Notes under the pieces: generated by a model
Database searches by the model: none
Seen by the model: the letters and a program-made list of their open reading frames with translations, nothing else
Told to the model about the DNA's origin: nothing
Shown: one piece after another, positions 9,526-23,340 of the stretch
How the letters are laid out: each line of letters opens with the position of its first letter
How positions within the stretch are numbered: position 1 is the first letter of the stretch
DNA from: Alphaproteobacteria bacterium
GTDB taxonomy: Bacteria; Pseudomonadota; Alphaproteobacteria; Rickettsiales; SXRF01
DNA length: 64,000 nucleotides
Direction of reading: 5' to 3'
Assembly: GCA_013288305.1 (NCBI GenBank)
Contig: JABDCD010000001.1
Location: 4,923 to 68,922 of the forward strand
Position numbers and translations under genes: made by a program

Positions 9526-9531
9526 CTTTGC

Positions 9532-11799
9532 GTGCCACGCATAAAAAACACCAAAATCCAGACCTCCTCGCCGCTGCTGTTGCTGCGGCAGATACGCGAC
9601 GTCATGGCGCAGGCGGCGGACGCGCAGGCGCGGCTCGACCAGGTGGTAACCATCATCGCCCGCGGCTTTTCCTCCGAAGTCTGCTCGGTCTATCTGCTGC
9701 GCGCCGGGGACATTCTCGAACTCTATGCCAGCCAGGGTTTGAAAAAATCATCGGTGCATTTGACGCGTTTGCAGGTTGGGCAGGGGCTGGTCGGCTCGAT
9801 TGCCGCCAGCGCCGCGCCGCTCAACCTCGCCGATGCGCAGTCGCATCCCAAATTCGAATACCGCCCGGAAACCGGCGAGGAAATTTACAACTCCTTCGTC
9901 GGTGTGCCGATCCTGCAGGGCGGCAAGGCCATCGGCGTGCTGGTCGTGCAGGGCAAGGCGGCGCGGGAATATTCGCCCGACCAGGTTGAAGTATTGCAGA
10001 CGGTAGCGATGGTGCTCTCCGAGCTGGCGATGTCCGGCCAGTTCGTCGACCGCCAGGAAATCGCGACGGCGACCGGTGGGCTGGTGGCGCAGCAGCTGGC
10101 GGGCGTCCGCCTCGCCCCGGGCATGGCCAAGGCCGTGGCCGTGCTGCATCAGCCGCAGCTGGTCATCACCCAATATGTCTCCGCCGATCCCGACCATGAA
10201 AAAGAGCGCTTCGAGAAAGCACTGCGCTCCCTGCAGGAATCGTTCGACCATTATATCCAATCTTCAGGACTTTCCGAGGACGACGAGCATCGCCAGATCA
10301 TCGAAACCTACCTACTCTTCACACAGGATCGCGGCTGGATTGCCCGCATCAACGAAGCCGTCGTCTCCGGCCTCACGGCGGAAGCGGCGGTGCGCAAAGT
10401 GCAGGAGGAACTCCAGGCGCGCATGAGCCAGATGGCCAGCCCCTACATCAAGGAACGCATCCAGGACCTCGAGGATTTATCGAACCACCTGTTGCAGGCG
10501 CTGCTGGGAAAACCCGTCGTTCCCAAGCCGCACGATCTGCCGGAAAGCTTCATCCTCGTCGCCCGCTCCATCGGCCCCGCCGAATTGCTCGATTACGATC
10601 ACAAGCGCCTCAAGGGCCTCATTCTCGAAGAAGGCTCGATCACCTCGCACACCGCGGTCATCGCCCGCGCCATGGATATTCCGGCCCTGGCCAAGGTGGA
10701 AAAAGCCACCACCGTCATCCGCCCCGGCGACACGGTGATCTTGGACGCCGAGGGCAACCAGGTCTATGTCCGCCCCAGCCCCGAGATCGAACTGGCGATG
10801 AACCGGCACATCGACCAATACGCCGTGCGCGCCGCCGAGTATGAGGGCCTGCGCGACGCCCCGGCGGTGACGCGTGATGGTGTGCGCATCTCGCTCAATG
10901 TCAATGCCGGATTATTTGTCGATAGCAAATCCGTGCTGCAGGCCGGCGTTGACGGCATCGGCCTCTACCGCACCGAACTGCCTTATATGACCTCGCCCAC
11001 TTTTCCCGACGTAGAAACCCAGGCGGCGCTCTATGCGTCGATGTACGCGCAACTGCCGGGAAAGCGCGTTATCTTCCGCAGCTTCGACATCGGCGGCGAC
11101 AAGAAAGTGCCCTATCTCCACGCCGGCGAGGAGGAAAACCCGGCCATGGGCTGGCGCGCCACCCGCATCGGCCTCGACCGCCCGGGCATCCTGCGCACGC
11201 AGTTCCGCGCCCTGATTAACGCCAGCGCCGGGCAGCCGCTCTGGGTCATGTTCCCCTTCATCGCCCAACTATCGGAATTCGATGCCGCCAAGCATTTACT
11301 GGAGCAGGAGCTGGAGACCGCCGAAACGCGCCCGTCTTCGCTCAAAGTCGGGCTGATGCTGGAGATTCCCTCGATCCTGTGGCAACTCGACGCGCTGATG
11401 CAACATGCCGATTTCGTCTCTATCGGCAGCAACGACCTAATGCAGTTTTTATTCGCCTGCGACCGCGGCGCCGCGCACATGGCCGACGCTTACGACACGC
11501 TGTCGCCGGTGATGCTGCGCGTCGTGCACGAGGTGGTAAGCAAAGCGCAGGGCCATAATGTCGAGGTCAGTTTCTGCGGCGAAATGGCGCGCCGCCCGCT
11601 CGACGCGCTGGCGCTGCTGGGGGTAGGCATCCGCAGCCTCTCGGTCTCGGCATCGGGCATCGGCCCCCTCAAGGCGATGATCCGCAGCTTGACACTGTCC
11701 GAACTTACCGATTATTTGCATTACCTGCTGCAATCCAATGAGCCGACGGTGCGCCATTGGCTGGCGGCGTATGCCAAAGATCACGGGATAGTGGTATAA
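9532..11799 (+). CDS. ptsP: phosphoenolpyruvate-protein phosphotransferase PtsP (EI-Ntr), GAF + EI domains
   Basis: N-terminal GAF region (EVCSVYLL...GLVG), EI histidine region GSITSHTAVIARA, and C-terminal SIGSNDLMQF. The start codon is GTG. Confidence 0.93.
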   Translation: MPRIKNTKIQTSSPLLLLRQIRDVMAQAADAQARLDQVVTIIARGFSSEVCSVYLLRAGDILELYASQGLKKSSVHLTRLQVGQGLVGSIAASAAPLNLADAQSHPKFEYRPETGEEIYNSFVGVPILQGGKAIGVLVVQGKAAREYSPDQVEVLQTVAMVLSELAMSGQFVDRQEIATATGGLVAQQLAGVRLAPGMAKAVAVLHQPQLVITQYVSADPDHEKERFEKALRSLQESFDHYIQSSGLSEDDEHRQIIETYLLFTQDRGWIARINEAVVSGLTAEAAVRKVQEELQARMSQMASPYIKERIQDLEDLSNHLLQALLGKPVVPKPHDLPESFILVARSIGPAELLDYDHKRLKGLILEEGSITSHTAVIARAMDIPALAKVEKATTVIRPGDTVILDAEGNQVYVRPSPEIELAMNRHIDQYAVRAAEYEGLRDAPAVTRDGVRISLNVNAGLFVDSKSVLQAGVDGIGLYRTELPYMTSPTFPDVETQAALYASMYAQLPGKRVIFRSFDIGGDKKVPYLHAGEEENPAMGWRATRIGLDRPGILRTQFRALINASAGQPLWVMFPFIAQLSEFDAAKHLLEQELETAETRPSSLKVGLMLEIPSILWQLDALMQHADFVSIGSNDLMQFLFACDRGAAHMADAYDTLSPVMLRVVHEVVSKAQGHNVEVSFCGEMARRPLDALALLGVGIRSLSVSASGIGPLKAMIRSLTLSELTDYLHYLLQSNEPTVRHWLAAYAKDHGIVV

Positions 11800-12362
11800 A
11801 TGACTGCAGAATCATACAACGACATCGGCCAACTCCTCCGCCGCGCGCGAGAGGAGCTGCGGATGCCCCTGGAGGAGGTATCGCGCGCGCTGCATATCCG
11901 TATGCGTTATCTCGACGCGCTGGAATGCGGCCGGCTCACCGAATTGCCGGGGTTGTCCTACGCTAAGGGCTACCTGCAGGCCTATGCCGCCTATGTTGGG
12001 CTGGACCGCGACGAAATCCTGCGCCGTTTCGAAGAGGTGGAAAACCTGCTGGGGCGCCGCGGCTTTTATTTCCCGCAGGTATTCCGCAAGGATAAAACGC
12101 CCAGCCGCTCTATCGTCTGGGGCGGACTGGCCGGCGCTGTGCTCGCCTATGCCTTCTGGCTGGCGGTGCTGCAGCCGCCGCAGATGGCCATCTCGGTCGT
12201 CGAGCCGTTTTCCGACAAAAAGGCCGAAGCCGCGGCGGTTTCAGCGGATGTCGCTTGCCTTAAGCCCCGGCCGCTATACTATCCGCCCTGTACGATGCCG
12301 TGGCAGCCGGGGTTCAGCCTGGTGTCGCTGCAGGCGCGGATGAAATTACCGTGGACGAAACC

Positions 12363-12366
<4 letters not shown>
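11800..12366 (+). CDS. RodZ-like helix-turn-helix membrane protein
   Basis: HTH segment [36 protein letters not shown], followed by a TM segment [20 protein letters not shown]. It abuts the ptsP stop. Confidence 0.7.
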
Positions 12367-13617
<1,251 letters not shown>

Positions 13618-13628
<11 letters not shown>

Positions 13629-14943
13629 ACTCCAGCCCGTCCGCGGTACGCACGATATTTTGCCGGAGGAATTCGAGAAATTCCACGCCGTGGTGACGCG
13701 CGCGCGCGAACTCGCTACGCTGTACGGCTTCCGCGAAATGGCGACGCCGATTTTCGAAGCGACGGAAGTGTTTTCGCGCTCGATGGGCGAAACCTCCGAT
13801 GTAGTGAGCAAGGAAATGTTCACCTTCCAAACCAAAGGCGAGGAAAGCGTCACGCTCCGCCCCGAATTTACGGCGGGCATCGTGCGCGCCTTTCTCTCCA
13901 ACGGAATGCAGCAACATCTGCCACTTAAATTATTCTCCACCGGCTCCTTGTTCCGCTACGAACGCCCGCAAAAAGGCCGCCAGCGCCAGTTCCATCAGGT
14001 GAATTTTGAGTGGCTGGGGGATGATAGCTGGGAAGCGGATGTTGAATTGATCTGTCTTGCCGGACATTTGCTTTTTAGTTTGTCAGGTAAAAAAGGCTGT
14101 ACACTGCTTATCAATACATTAGGAGATCAGGAAAGCCGCGCACGATATCGCGAGGCTCTAGTAGGATATCTCGCCCCATATACCAAAGAATTATCAGAGG
14201 ACAGTCAACGACGGCTTGCCACCAATCCGCTACGCATCCTCGATTCCAAAAGTCCCCAAGATAAAAAAATTATCGATGGTGCTCCCCAAATAACGCATTA
14301 TTTGAATGAATCAGCACGTAAACGCTTCAATACGGTACATGAGGCGCTGAGCCAAAAGGAAGTGCCTTTTTTCCAATCAGTAAAAATTACCCCTTCTTTG
14401 GTGCGTGGGCTTGATTACTATACCGACACAGTTTTTGAATTTGTGGCTGAAGCGGGTGAATTAGGTGCACAGAATACTGTGCTTGCAGGTGGCCGTTATG
14501 ACGGACTGGTGGAGCAGATGGGTGGAAAGCTCACGCCTGCGATTGGCTTTGCCGCGGGCATTGAGCGTTTGTTGTTATTAACGCACGAATTAAAATGGTC
14601 CAAGCTGAATGATATCAGCATAGTGGTTCTACCGTTTGAGGAAATAGAACCTAATGTTGTTTTGTATATAGCTGCGAGTTTACGAAACAGATTGCTGGGT
14701 TGGCATTTACATACAAAAAGAAGATGTACTGTAGAAATAGCATGGCGCGGTAGCGTTAAGAAACGAATGGAACGTGCGGCTCAAAGTGATGTAACACATT
14801 TGATCCTTTTACCTCCTGAAGAGGCAAATCGAGAATCATGCATTATCCGATACATGAAAATACATGAACAACAGGAAATAAAGATTGCTGACCTGTTTGA
14901 CACGGACAAGCTCGCAAAACTATTAGAAATACCAACGAAATGA
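13618..14943 (+). CDS. hisS: histidyl-tRNA synthetase (compositionally chimeric)
   Basis: [28 protein letters not shown] and [10 protein letters not shown] are the class II motifs. Start chosen at MSPKLQ, with AAGGAG 8 nt upstream. Confidence 0.92.
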
Positions 14944-16010
14944 GCTTCTCCGATCGCCTCGACACGCTGGTGCGGCGCCACCAGGAATTGAACGACCTGC
15001 TGGCGGGCGGGCAGGTCAGCGGCTCCGATTTCGCCAAATATTCCAAGGAATATGCCGACCTCACGCCGCTGGTGGGAACTATCCTGGCCTATCAGGGCGC
15101 GCAAAAATCGCTCCTGGACGTGAAGGCTATGATGGCCGACCCCGCCTGCGACGCCGAGATGAAAAAAATCGCCGAGGAGGAGATGCACGACATCCAGCAC
15201 GCGCTGCCGGAGCTGACGCGCGCCGTGCAGCTGGCGCTGTTGCCCAAGGATGCCGCCGACGAGAAAAACGCCATTCTTGAAGTTCGCGCCGGAACGGGCG
15301 GCGAGGAAGCGGCGCTGTTCGCTGCCGATCTGTTCCGCATGTATCAGCGTTACGCCCAGAATCAGGGCTGGAAATTCGAGGTGCTGTCGGTATCCGAATC
15401 CGGCGTCGGCGGCACCAAGGATGCCTCGGCGGAAATCACCGGCAAGGGCGTCTTCGCCCGGATGAAATTCGAATCCGGCGTGCACCGCGTGCAGCGCGTG
15501 CCCAAAACCGAGGCGCAGGGGCGCATCCACACCTCCGCCGCCACCGTCGCCGTGTTGCCCGAGGCCGAGGAGGTGGACATCCACATCGAGGACAAAGACC
15601 TGCGCATCGACGTCTTCCGTTCCAGCGGCCCCGGCGGCCAGTCGGTCAACACCACCGATTCGGCCGTGCGCATCGTGCACCTGCCGACCGGCCTCATCGT
15701 CCAGCAGCAGGACGAAAAATCGCAGCACAAGAACAAAGCCAAGGCGCTCAAAGTCCTGCGCGCGCGGCTGTATGAGATGGAGCGCGAAAAGCTGGCCAGC
15801 GCGCGGGCGGCCTCCCGCAAGGAAATGGTCGGCTCGGGAGACCGCTCCGAGCGCATCCGCACCTATAATTTCCCGCAGGGCCGCGTCACCGACCACCGCA
15901 TCAACCTCACCCTCTATAAAATCGACGAGGTAATGAACGGCGATCTTTCCGAATTCACCGATGCATTGATTGCCGAAGACCAGGCCAGGCAGCTGGCTGA
16001 ACTCAGCTGA
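14940..16010 (+). CDS. prfA: peptide chain release factor 1
   Basis: GGQ motif in [24 protein letters not shown] and an RVPKTE tripeptide-anticodon region. Its start overlaps the hisS stop (ATGA). Confidence 0.96.
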   Translation: MSFSDRLDTLVRRHQELNDLLAGGQVSGSDFAKYSKEYADLTPLVGTILAYQGAQKSLLDVKAMMADPACDAEMKKIAEEEMHDIQHALPELTRAVQLALLPKDAADEKNAILEVRAGTGGEEAALFAADLFRMYQRYAQNQGWKFEVLSVSESGVGGTKDASAEITGKGVFARMKFESGVHRVQRVPKTEAQGRIHTSAATVAVLPEAEEVDIHIEDKDLRIDVFRSSGPGGQSVNTTDSAVRIVHLPTGLIVQQQDEKSQHKNKAKALKVLRARLYEMEREKLASARAASRKEMVGSGDRSERIRTYNFPQGRVTDHRINLTLYKIDEVMNGDLSEFTDALIAEDQARQLAELS

Positions 16011-16011
16011 T

Positions 16012-16962
16012 ATGCAAAATACCCCTTTGCAATTCCCCTTTTTTTCTGCTAAAGACGCTTTGCGCGATGCGGTAAGGTCGCTCGCGCGGGCCCGGATTGA
16101 AACGGCGTCGCTGGATGCAAGGTTATTGCTCCAGCATGTTTTGAACATAAGCCATGAACGGTTGCTGGCCGATGAAAAGCTGGCATTGATGCCGTTTCAA
16201 GAAGCGGATTATCAGGAGTTGGTTAAAAAGCGCTGCCTTCGTAGGCCGGTCGCGCAACTTATCGGCAAGCGCGAGTTTTATGGCCGGACGTTCAAGGTGA
16301 CGGAAGATACGCTCGATCCGAGGCCGGATAGTGAAACGCTGATCGAGGCGGTGCTGGAATGGGTCAATGGTCATAGGTCACGGGTCATGGGAAAAGAAAA
16401 ATTACCCATGACCTATGACCCAAAACCCATGACTATTCTCGATCTAGGCACGGGAACCGGCTGTTTGCTGCTGACGTTGCTGAAGGAATATGAAAATGCC
16501 AAAGGAGTTGGCGTGGATATTAGCGAAGCGGCGCTGAATGTGGCGCAGGAAAATGCGGAAAGCTTGGATGTGCGGGAACGCGCGGAATTTGTGCATTCGC
16601 ATTGGGATCAAAACATAGAAGGAACATTCGATATTATCGTCGCCAACCCCCCTTATATTCCAACCAATGCCATCGCCGCGCTGGCGCCGGAAGTGGCGCA
16701 GTATGAACCGAAACTCGCGCTCGATGGCGGCGCGGACGGGCTGGAATGCTACCGCGCCATCCTGCCGCCATTGCCGCGATTGCTGGCTGCCGGCGGGTTT
16801 GCCGCCTTTGAGATCGGGCAGGGGCAGGAAGAAGACGTAAAAGAATTAGTTGCTAGTTGCCAGTTGCGGGTTGCTGGCATCAAGAAAGATTTAGGAAATA
16901 TTTCTAGATGCATATTGGTACGGAAATCAGGCAATAACCAGCAACTGGCAACTAGCAACTAG
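16012..16962 (+). CDS. prmC: release-factor glutamine N5-methyltransferase (HemK) carrying repeat-derived segments
   Basis: SAM motif ILDLGTGTGCLLL and catalytic IVANPPYI. It starts 1 nt after the prfA stop. Confidence 0.9.
   Translation: MQNTPLQFPFFSAKDALRDAVRSLARARIETASLDARLLLQHVLNISHERLLADEKLALMPFQEADYQELVKKRCLRRPVAQLIGKREFYGRTFKVTEDTLDPRPDSETLIEAVLEWVNGHRSRVMGKEKLPMTYDPKPMTILDLGTGTGCLLLTLLKEYENAKGVGVDISEAALNVAQENAESLDVRERAEFVHSHWDQNIEGTFDIIVANPPYIPTNAIAALAPEVAQYEPKLALDGGADGLECYRAILPPLPRLLAAGGFAAFEIGQGQEEDVKELVASCQLRVAGIKKDLGNISRCILVRKSGNNQQLATSN
16361..16433. repeat. tandem-heptamer-arm hairpin, family D (GTCATGG), in frame in prmC
   Basis: gggtcaatggtcataggtcacgggtcatggg / loop aaaagaaaaatta / cccatgacctatgacccaaaacccatgac. 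Confidence 0.87.
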
Positions 16963-16973
16963 CAACTAGCAAC
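16849..16973. repeat. heptamer-arm inverted repeat, family F (GCYAGTT), spanning the prmC 3' end
   Basis: gttgctagttgccagttgcgggttgctggc ... ccagcaactggcaactagcaactagcaactagcaac. The arms are about 50 bp apart, and the stop codon lies inside the right arm. Confidence 0.8.
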
Positions 16974-16991
16974 AAAACGGAGTTAACATTC

Positions 16992-17456
16992 ATGAGAAGA
17001 AGACCCACCAACAACGGAAGCTATAGCAACAACAACCAGCACAAGCGCCCGCAGCGCTACCAGCAAAACGGTGGCGGCGAACATCGTTCAGCCCATCACA
17101 ATTCCGGCAACGGCCACCGCCCACGCCGCAATTACGGCGCCGCGCGCGAGAAATACCTGGCGCAGGCGCGCGACGCGTTGGCCTCCGGCGACCGCGTGCT
17201 GGCCGAGAATTATTTCCAACATGCCGATCATTGCTACCGCATGATGGTCGAGGAAGGCCAGACGCGCCCGAATTACACGCCGCCGCCGCAACAAGGCGAT
17301 GAAGCGTCCGCCCCCGCCGTCCCGGCCGAAGGCAACAGCGAACATTTCCCTCCCGAAAACACCAACCAGCTCCCCGCCTTCATCACCGCAACGCACGAAC
17401 TCCCCGGCCAACCCCAACCCGCCGACCCGGTAATTGTGCAAAGCTGGGAGGAATGA
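16992..17456 (+). CDS. DUF4167 domain protein
   Basis: AREKYLAQARDALASGDRVLAENYFQHADHCYRMM is the conserved DUF4167 core. The position after prmC is typical of Alphaproteobacteria. Confidence 0.8.
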   Translation: MRRRPTNNGSYSNNNQHKRPQRYQQNGGGEHRSAHHNSGNGHRPRRNYGAAREKYLAQARDALASGDRVLAENYFQHADHCYRMMVEEGQTRPNYTPPPQQGDEASAPAVPAEGNSEHFPPENTNQLPAFITATHELPGQPQPADPVIVQSWEE

Positions 17457-17461
17457 TTACC

Positions 17462-17513
17462 CCCGCACTTGTTGCGGGATCCGGTTCCAAACCCCTCGTT
17501 CAGTGGGGTTTTA
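17462..17513 (+). terminator. two tandem hairpins after the DUF4167 gene (terminator-like repeat)
   Basis: cccgca-cttgt-tgcggg, then aaacccc-tcgttcagt-ggggttt followed by T. It shares gcgggRtccggtt with the element at 61269-61324. Confidence 0.45.
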
Positions 17514-17578
17514 CAGCAAGCAGCTCTTTCCGTGCGGCATTCCGCCATCAGGCGCTATTTTTGCTAATACAATAATCC

Positions 17579-17607
17579 TTGACACCGCGAATTTTTGCTA
17601 ATACAAT
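17579..17607 (+). promoter_or_regulatory. sigma70-like promoter of brnTA (TTGACA-17-TACAAT); the ATG is 7 nt after the -10
   Basis: TTGACA at 17579-17584, a 17-nt spacer, then TACAAT at 17602-17607. The -10 sits inside the second copy of a 19-bp perfect direct repeat, atttttgctaatacaataa (17557-17575 and 17591-17609). Confidence 0.55.
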
Positions 17608-17613
17608 AAATAC

Positions 17614-17898
17614 ATGAAGATCACGTATGATCTGAAGAAAAACGCCGCCAATATGGCCAAGCACGGCGTTTCATTCGAGGATGCGTACGAGTTTGATTAT
17701 GCCGATTTTGCCGGCTGCCAATATAAGATCGACAGGCGAAGGGATTATGGCGAAGTGCGCTGGATAGCCACCGGCTATCTTCATAACAGGTTGCATGTGC
17801 TTTGTTATGTGGAAAAATTTAATGGTATCCGCGCCATCAGTTTTCGTAAAGCCAACGAAAGGGAAAGGAAAAAATATGAAAAAAGATCAGTACATTGA
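17614..17898 (+). CDS. brnT: BrnT family toxin (DUF497)
   Basis: YDLKKNAANMAKHGVSFEDA...RWIATGYLHNRLHVLCYVE...IRAISFRKANERERKKY. Confidence 0.85.
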   Translation: MKITYDLKKNAANMAKHGVSFEDAYEFDYADFAGCQYKIDRRRDYGEVRWIATGYLHNRLHVLCYVEKFNGIRAISFRKANERERKKYEKRSVH

Positions 17899-18181
17899 AT
17901 ATGAAGATGGAACGCGCGTGCTTCTGGATGAAGACGACGTGCCGGAACTGACCGACGAGGATTTTAAAAGGATGGTGCCGTTCAGCGCGCTACCCAAATC
18001 GCTGCGGCGCAAATTGTCGGCCATACAAAGCCGAGGTCGCCCGCGCTCGAAAGCGCCCAAGAAGATGATCGCCTTCCGCTTCGCGCCGGATTTGCTTGCC
18101 CACATCAAGGCGTCAGGCCGCGGCTATAACGCCCGCGTCGAGAAACTGCTGCGCCAGGCGTGGGAGCAGGGGTTACTGTAG
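17876..18181 (+). CDS. brnA: BrnA family antitoxin (DUF4415-like)
   Basis: It overlaps the brnT 3' end by 23 nt. Contains GRPRSKAPKKMIAFRFAPDLLAHIKASGRGYNARVEKLLR. Confidence 0.8.
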   Translation: MKKDQYIEYEDGTRVLLDEDDVPELTDEDFKRMVPFSALPKSLRRKLSAIQSRGRPRSKAPKKMIAFRFAPDLLAHIKASGRGYNARVEKLLRQAWEQGLL

Positions 18182-18988
18182 CCCCAGCAAACAACTCTCC
18201 CCCGTGCGGCATTCTTTCACTAGCGTGGCGGTAAGCGGGGTGAGCAGGAACGTCGTCTCCACTTTGATGGGAATGAGCCGCTCGTCGTCGCTGAAATAGA
18301 CAGTGAGCGTCGGTTCCCGCGGGTCGAAATCGGCCAGTTCGGAATCGGTGAAACCGGCCAGCAGCTTCCTCCGCAGCCCGGCCTTGATGACCGGCGTCTT
18401 CACGCCATTGTAATGGATGGCGGTTCTGCCTTCGATGCTGAAATCCGCCTGCGTTAGCCGGTTGCCGTCATAAACGTTGATGCTGAACGCATTTTTCCTG
18501 TTTTTCTGCGCTTCCCACACCCCCTGCCGCATTCCGAGCAAAAAGCTGAGCGGATCGATAGCGTCTTTTTTCATGCGGCTAGGCACTTCCGGGCGCTTGG
18601 CATGGGTTTCCGGCGGGATTTGTTCTTCCTCAAGCAGGCCGTCCTTATACATCAGCTTGATGTAATGCTTCTTTTTCTTGGTCTGGTAATGGGTTTCGTA
18701 GGTAATCTGCGGATAGGAAAAATGCCCGCCGCTGCCCTCCGCCGTCGTGTGGCTCCTGTGTTTTACGAACAAATTGACCAGCCCGGAGGAGGCAATATCG
18801 GCCGTGATAGCATAATGCTCCGGCGTCTGCATGGCCTCGATACCCATCGTCCCAAGCGGAATTCCGCCGAACCGGCATTCATAGATTCCTTTGAAATTGA
18901 CCGGCGCCAAAGCCTCCTCAGCCCAAGCGTGGCAGGGGTATAATAAGGTTATAACGAGGATATTGAAAAAACGGCGTTTCATGACCAT
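18173..18988 (-). CDS. DUF3108-like secreted protein
   Basis: N-terminal signal peptide ([14 protein letters not shown]), [10 protein letters not shown], and [17 protein letters not shown]. Confidence 0.6.
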   Translation of the reverse strand: MVMKRRFFNILVITLLYPCHAWAEEALAPVNFKGIYECRFGGIPLGTMGIEAMQTPEHYAITADIASSGLVNLFVKHRSHTTAEGSGGHFSYPQITYETHYQTKKKKHYIKLMYKDGLLEEEQIPPETHAKRPEVPSRMKKDAIDPLSFLLGMRQGVWEAQKNRKNAFSINVYDGNRLTQADFSIEGRTAIHYNGVKTPVIKAGLRRKLLAGFTDSELADFDPREPTLTVYFSDDERLIPIKVETTFLLTPLTATLVKECRTGESCLLGLQ

Positions 18989-18993
18989 ATATA

Positions 18994-19076
18994 AATCCTG
19001 CGGCGCGTGAAACGCGAGCGCAGGATCTCAGCGATGATGCAAGATCCTGTGCCTCGCCTGCGGCTCGCACAGGATT
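18994..19076. repeat. bipartite ATCCTG hairpin repeat, upstream of clpB
   Basis: aatcctgcggcgcgtgaaacgcgagcgcaggatc + gatcctgtgcctcgcctgcggctcgcacaggatt. Confidence 0.85.
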
Positions 19077-19084
19077 GATACAAT

Positions 19085-21682
<2,598 letters not shown>

Positions 21683-21688
21683 TTTTTT

Positions 21689-21785
21689 CTTGTCATCCTC
21701 GGGCCTGACCCGAGGATCCATCCAAAAAATTTACCGCGCTCATGGAGTTTTGATGGATGGTCGGGTCAGGCCCGACCATGACAAA
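21689..21785. repeat. CTTGTCA-hairpin inverted pair (family L), after clpB
   Basis: cttgtcatcctcgggcctgacccgaggatccatcc ... ggatggtcgggtcaggcccgaccatgacaaa. Confidence 0.85.
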
Positions 21786-21789
21786 TGGA

Positions 21790-23172
21790 TTACGGCAAAT
21801 TCATCGCCAGTTTGCCGCCGCTGGGCTGCGGCAGCGAGGCCAGCTGCGCCTCGATGTGCTTTATATTAGTGCGGAAGGCCACGAGTTCCTTCCCGGCCAG
21901 CACCTCGCCGGTTTTGAATTTGATGCCCGCGGGGTTGACCTGTTCGCCGCTCACCAGGATTTCATAATGCAGATGCGGGCCGGTGGCCATGCCGGTCTGG
22001 CCGACATAGGCGACGACCTGCCCTTGCCTGACGTGGCGCCCCGGTGCGATGCCTGACGCGAAATGGCTGATATGGGCATAGGCGCTGGCATAGGTGCCGT
22101 TATGCTTGATGCGCAGGTAATTGCCGTAACCGCCCTTGATGCCCGCCACTTCGACCGTTCCGTCCCCGGCGGCATAGATCGGCGTGCCGACGGGCGCGGC
22201 GAAATCGACGCCGCGATGCATCCGGCTATACCCCAGGATCGGATGGTTGCGCATACCGAAGCCTGAGGAAATACGCGCCCCGTTAACCGGCGTGCGTAAC
22301 AGCGCCTTGCGGACGCTTTCACCTTTTTGGTTATAATAATCGGCGCGGCCGTTTTTATCGACGTAGCGGTAGATTTTCATCTCGCGGTCGCCCAAATCCA
22401 GCTCGGCGAACAGCACGTTGCCATGCCCGGCCACCGTGCCGCTCTCGGTTTGCAGCCGCTCGAACAATACGTCCATCCCGTCGCCGCGCTGGATGTCACG
22501 CTGGAAATCGACGTCATAACTGTAAGCGGCGATAAGCTCTTCCAGCAGCGCCGCCGGAATGCCGGAGTCGACGCCGGTTTCATAAAGGCTGCTGTCGATG
22601 CGTCCCCCGGCGCGCGCCAGTTTGCGCTCCAGCGGCAGGTCTATTTTATGAACGGCAAACGTTCCGTTCTGGCGCACCAGATGCAGCGACGAAATGGGCG
22701 ATATGGGCAGGCTCAAATGGGTAATCACCGGCGTTCCCGCGCCATCGGGACTGCGGTCGAGCCTGAGCGAAACGTCCTGCCCGACATCGAGCTTGCGCAC
22801 GTTATATACCGGTCGGATGGCGTCGACGGCGCGCTGCGCCTCGTCATACGAGACGCCGGCATCGGTCAGTATATTGATCAGCGTATCGCCGTTTTCAACC
22901 TTGAGATCGAGCGACAGCGGGTAAATGATCGCCGGGGTTTCATGGTGGACAGGCGCCGCTGCAGCAACCGTAATTTTCGGCGTGAATGCGGCCATAATGG
23001 CGGCAGGCGCTCGCTCGGCGATTACCCAGGGGGCGGAAGTAAATGCGGAAAAAAGCGCCGACGCGCAGCAAAAAACAACGAGAACGCCGCTGGAAATCCG
23101 GCGAATGCGCCGCTTCGTCACCGAGCGGGAGACGGCTTTGACCGGGTAAAACGCCTCGTAACTGAGCCTCAC
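21790..23172 (-). CDS. M23 family peptidoglycan metalloendopeptidase
   Basis: HRGVDFAAPVGTPIYAAGDG and GMATGPHLHYEI. There is an N-terminal membrane anchor. Confidence 0.88.
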   Translation of the reverse strand: MRLSYEAFYPVKAVSRSVTKRRIRRISSGVLVVFCCASALFSAFTSAPWVIAERAPAAIMAAFTPKITVAAAAPVHHETPAIIYPLSLDLKVENGDTLINILTDAGVSYDEAQRAVDAIRPVYNVRKLDVGQDVSLRLDRSPDGAGTPVITHLSLPISPISSLHLVRQNGTFAVHKIDLPLERKLARAGGRIDSSLYETGVDSGIPAALLEELIAAYSYDVDFQRDIQRGDGMDVLFERLQTESGTVAGHGNVLFAELDLGDREMKIYRYVDKNGRADYYNQKGESVRKALLRTPVNGARISSGFGMRNHPILGYSRMHRGVDFAAPVGTPIYAAGDGTVEVAGIKGGYGNYLRIKHNGTYASAYAHISHFASGIAPGRHVRQGQVVAYVGQTGMATGPHLHYEILVSGEQVNPAGIKFKTGEVLAGKELVAFRTNIKHIEAQLASLPQPSGGKLAMNLP

Positions 23173-23311
23173 CCCACTATGGCTTGACGAAATAATAACG
23201 CTACCCCCTACCTATGGTGTCGCCGCAATGGCAAACGAGTAATCTAATTTCAGTATATTGCCAATAGGATAATAAAAGGTTTAGTTTTTTGGCTTTCGCT
23301 CCAGATTGTGC

Positions 23312-23340
23312 TTGACGTAGCGCCGGAGCAACACTAGATT
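23312..23340 (+). promoter_or_regulatory. candidate str-operon promoter (TTGACG-17-TAGATT)
   Basis: A hexamer pair with 17-nt spacing about 115 nt upstream of rpsL. No other support. Confidence 0.35.

Noticed and set aside
14781-16148. 455-aa ORF on the minus strand, plus similar long ORFs at 18979-20151(-), 29176-30402(-), 43154-44125(-), 46670-47941(-), 49145-50824(-), 58615-59784(+), 60074-61111(-) and 61444-62364(-).
   Set aside because: Each lies antisense to, or out of frame with, a gene that has unmistakable conserved motifs (prfA, clpB, rplC/rplD, rpoA, pccB, pccA, guaB, the decarboxylase, the DHS-like gene). Their translations are Arg/Ala/Gly-rich low-complexity strings typical of shadow ORFs in GC-rich DNA.
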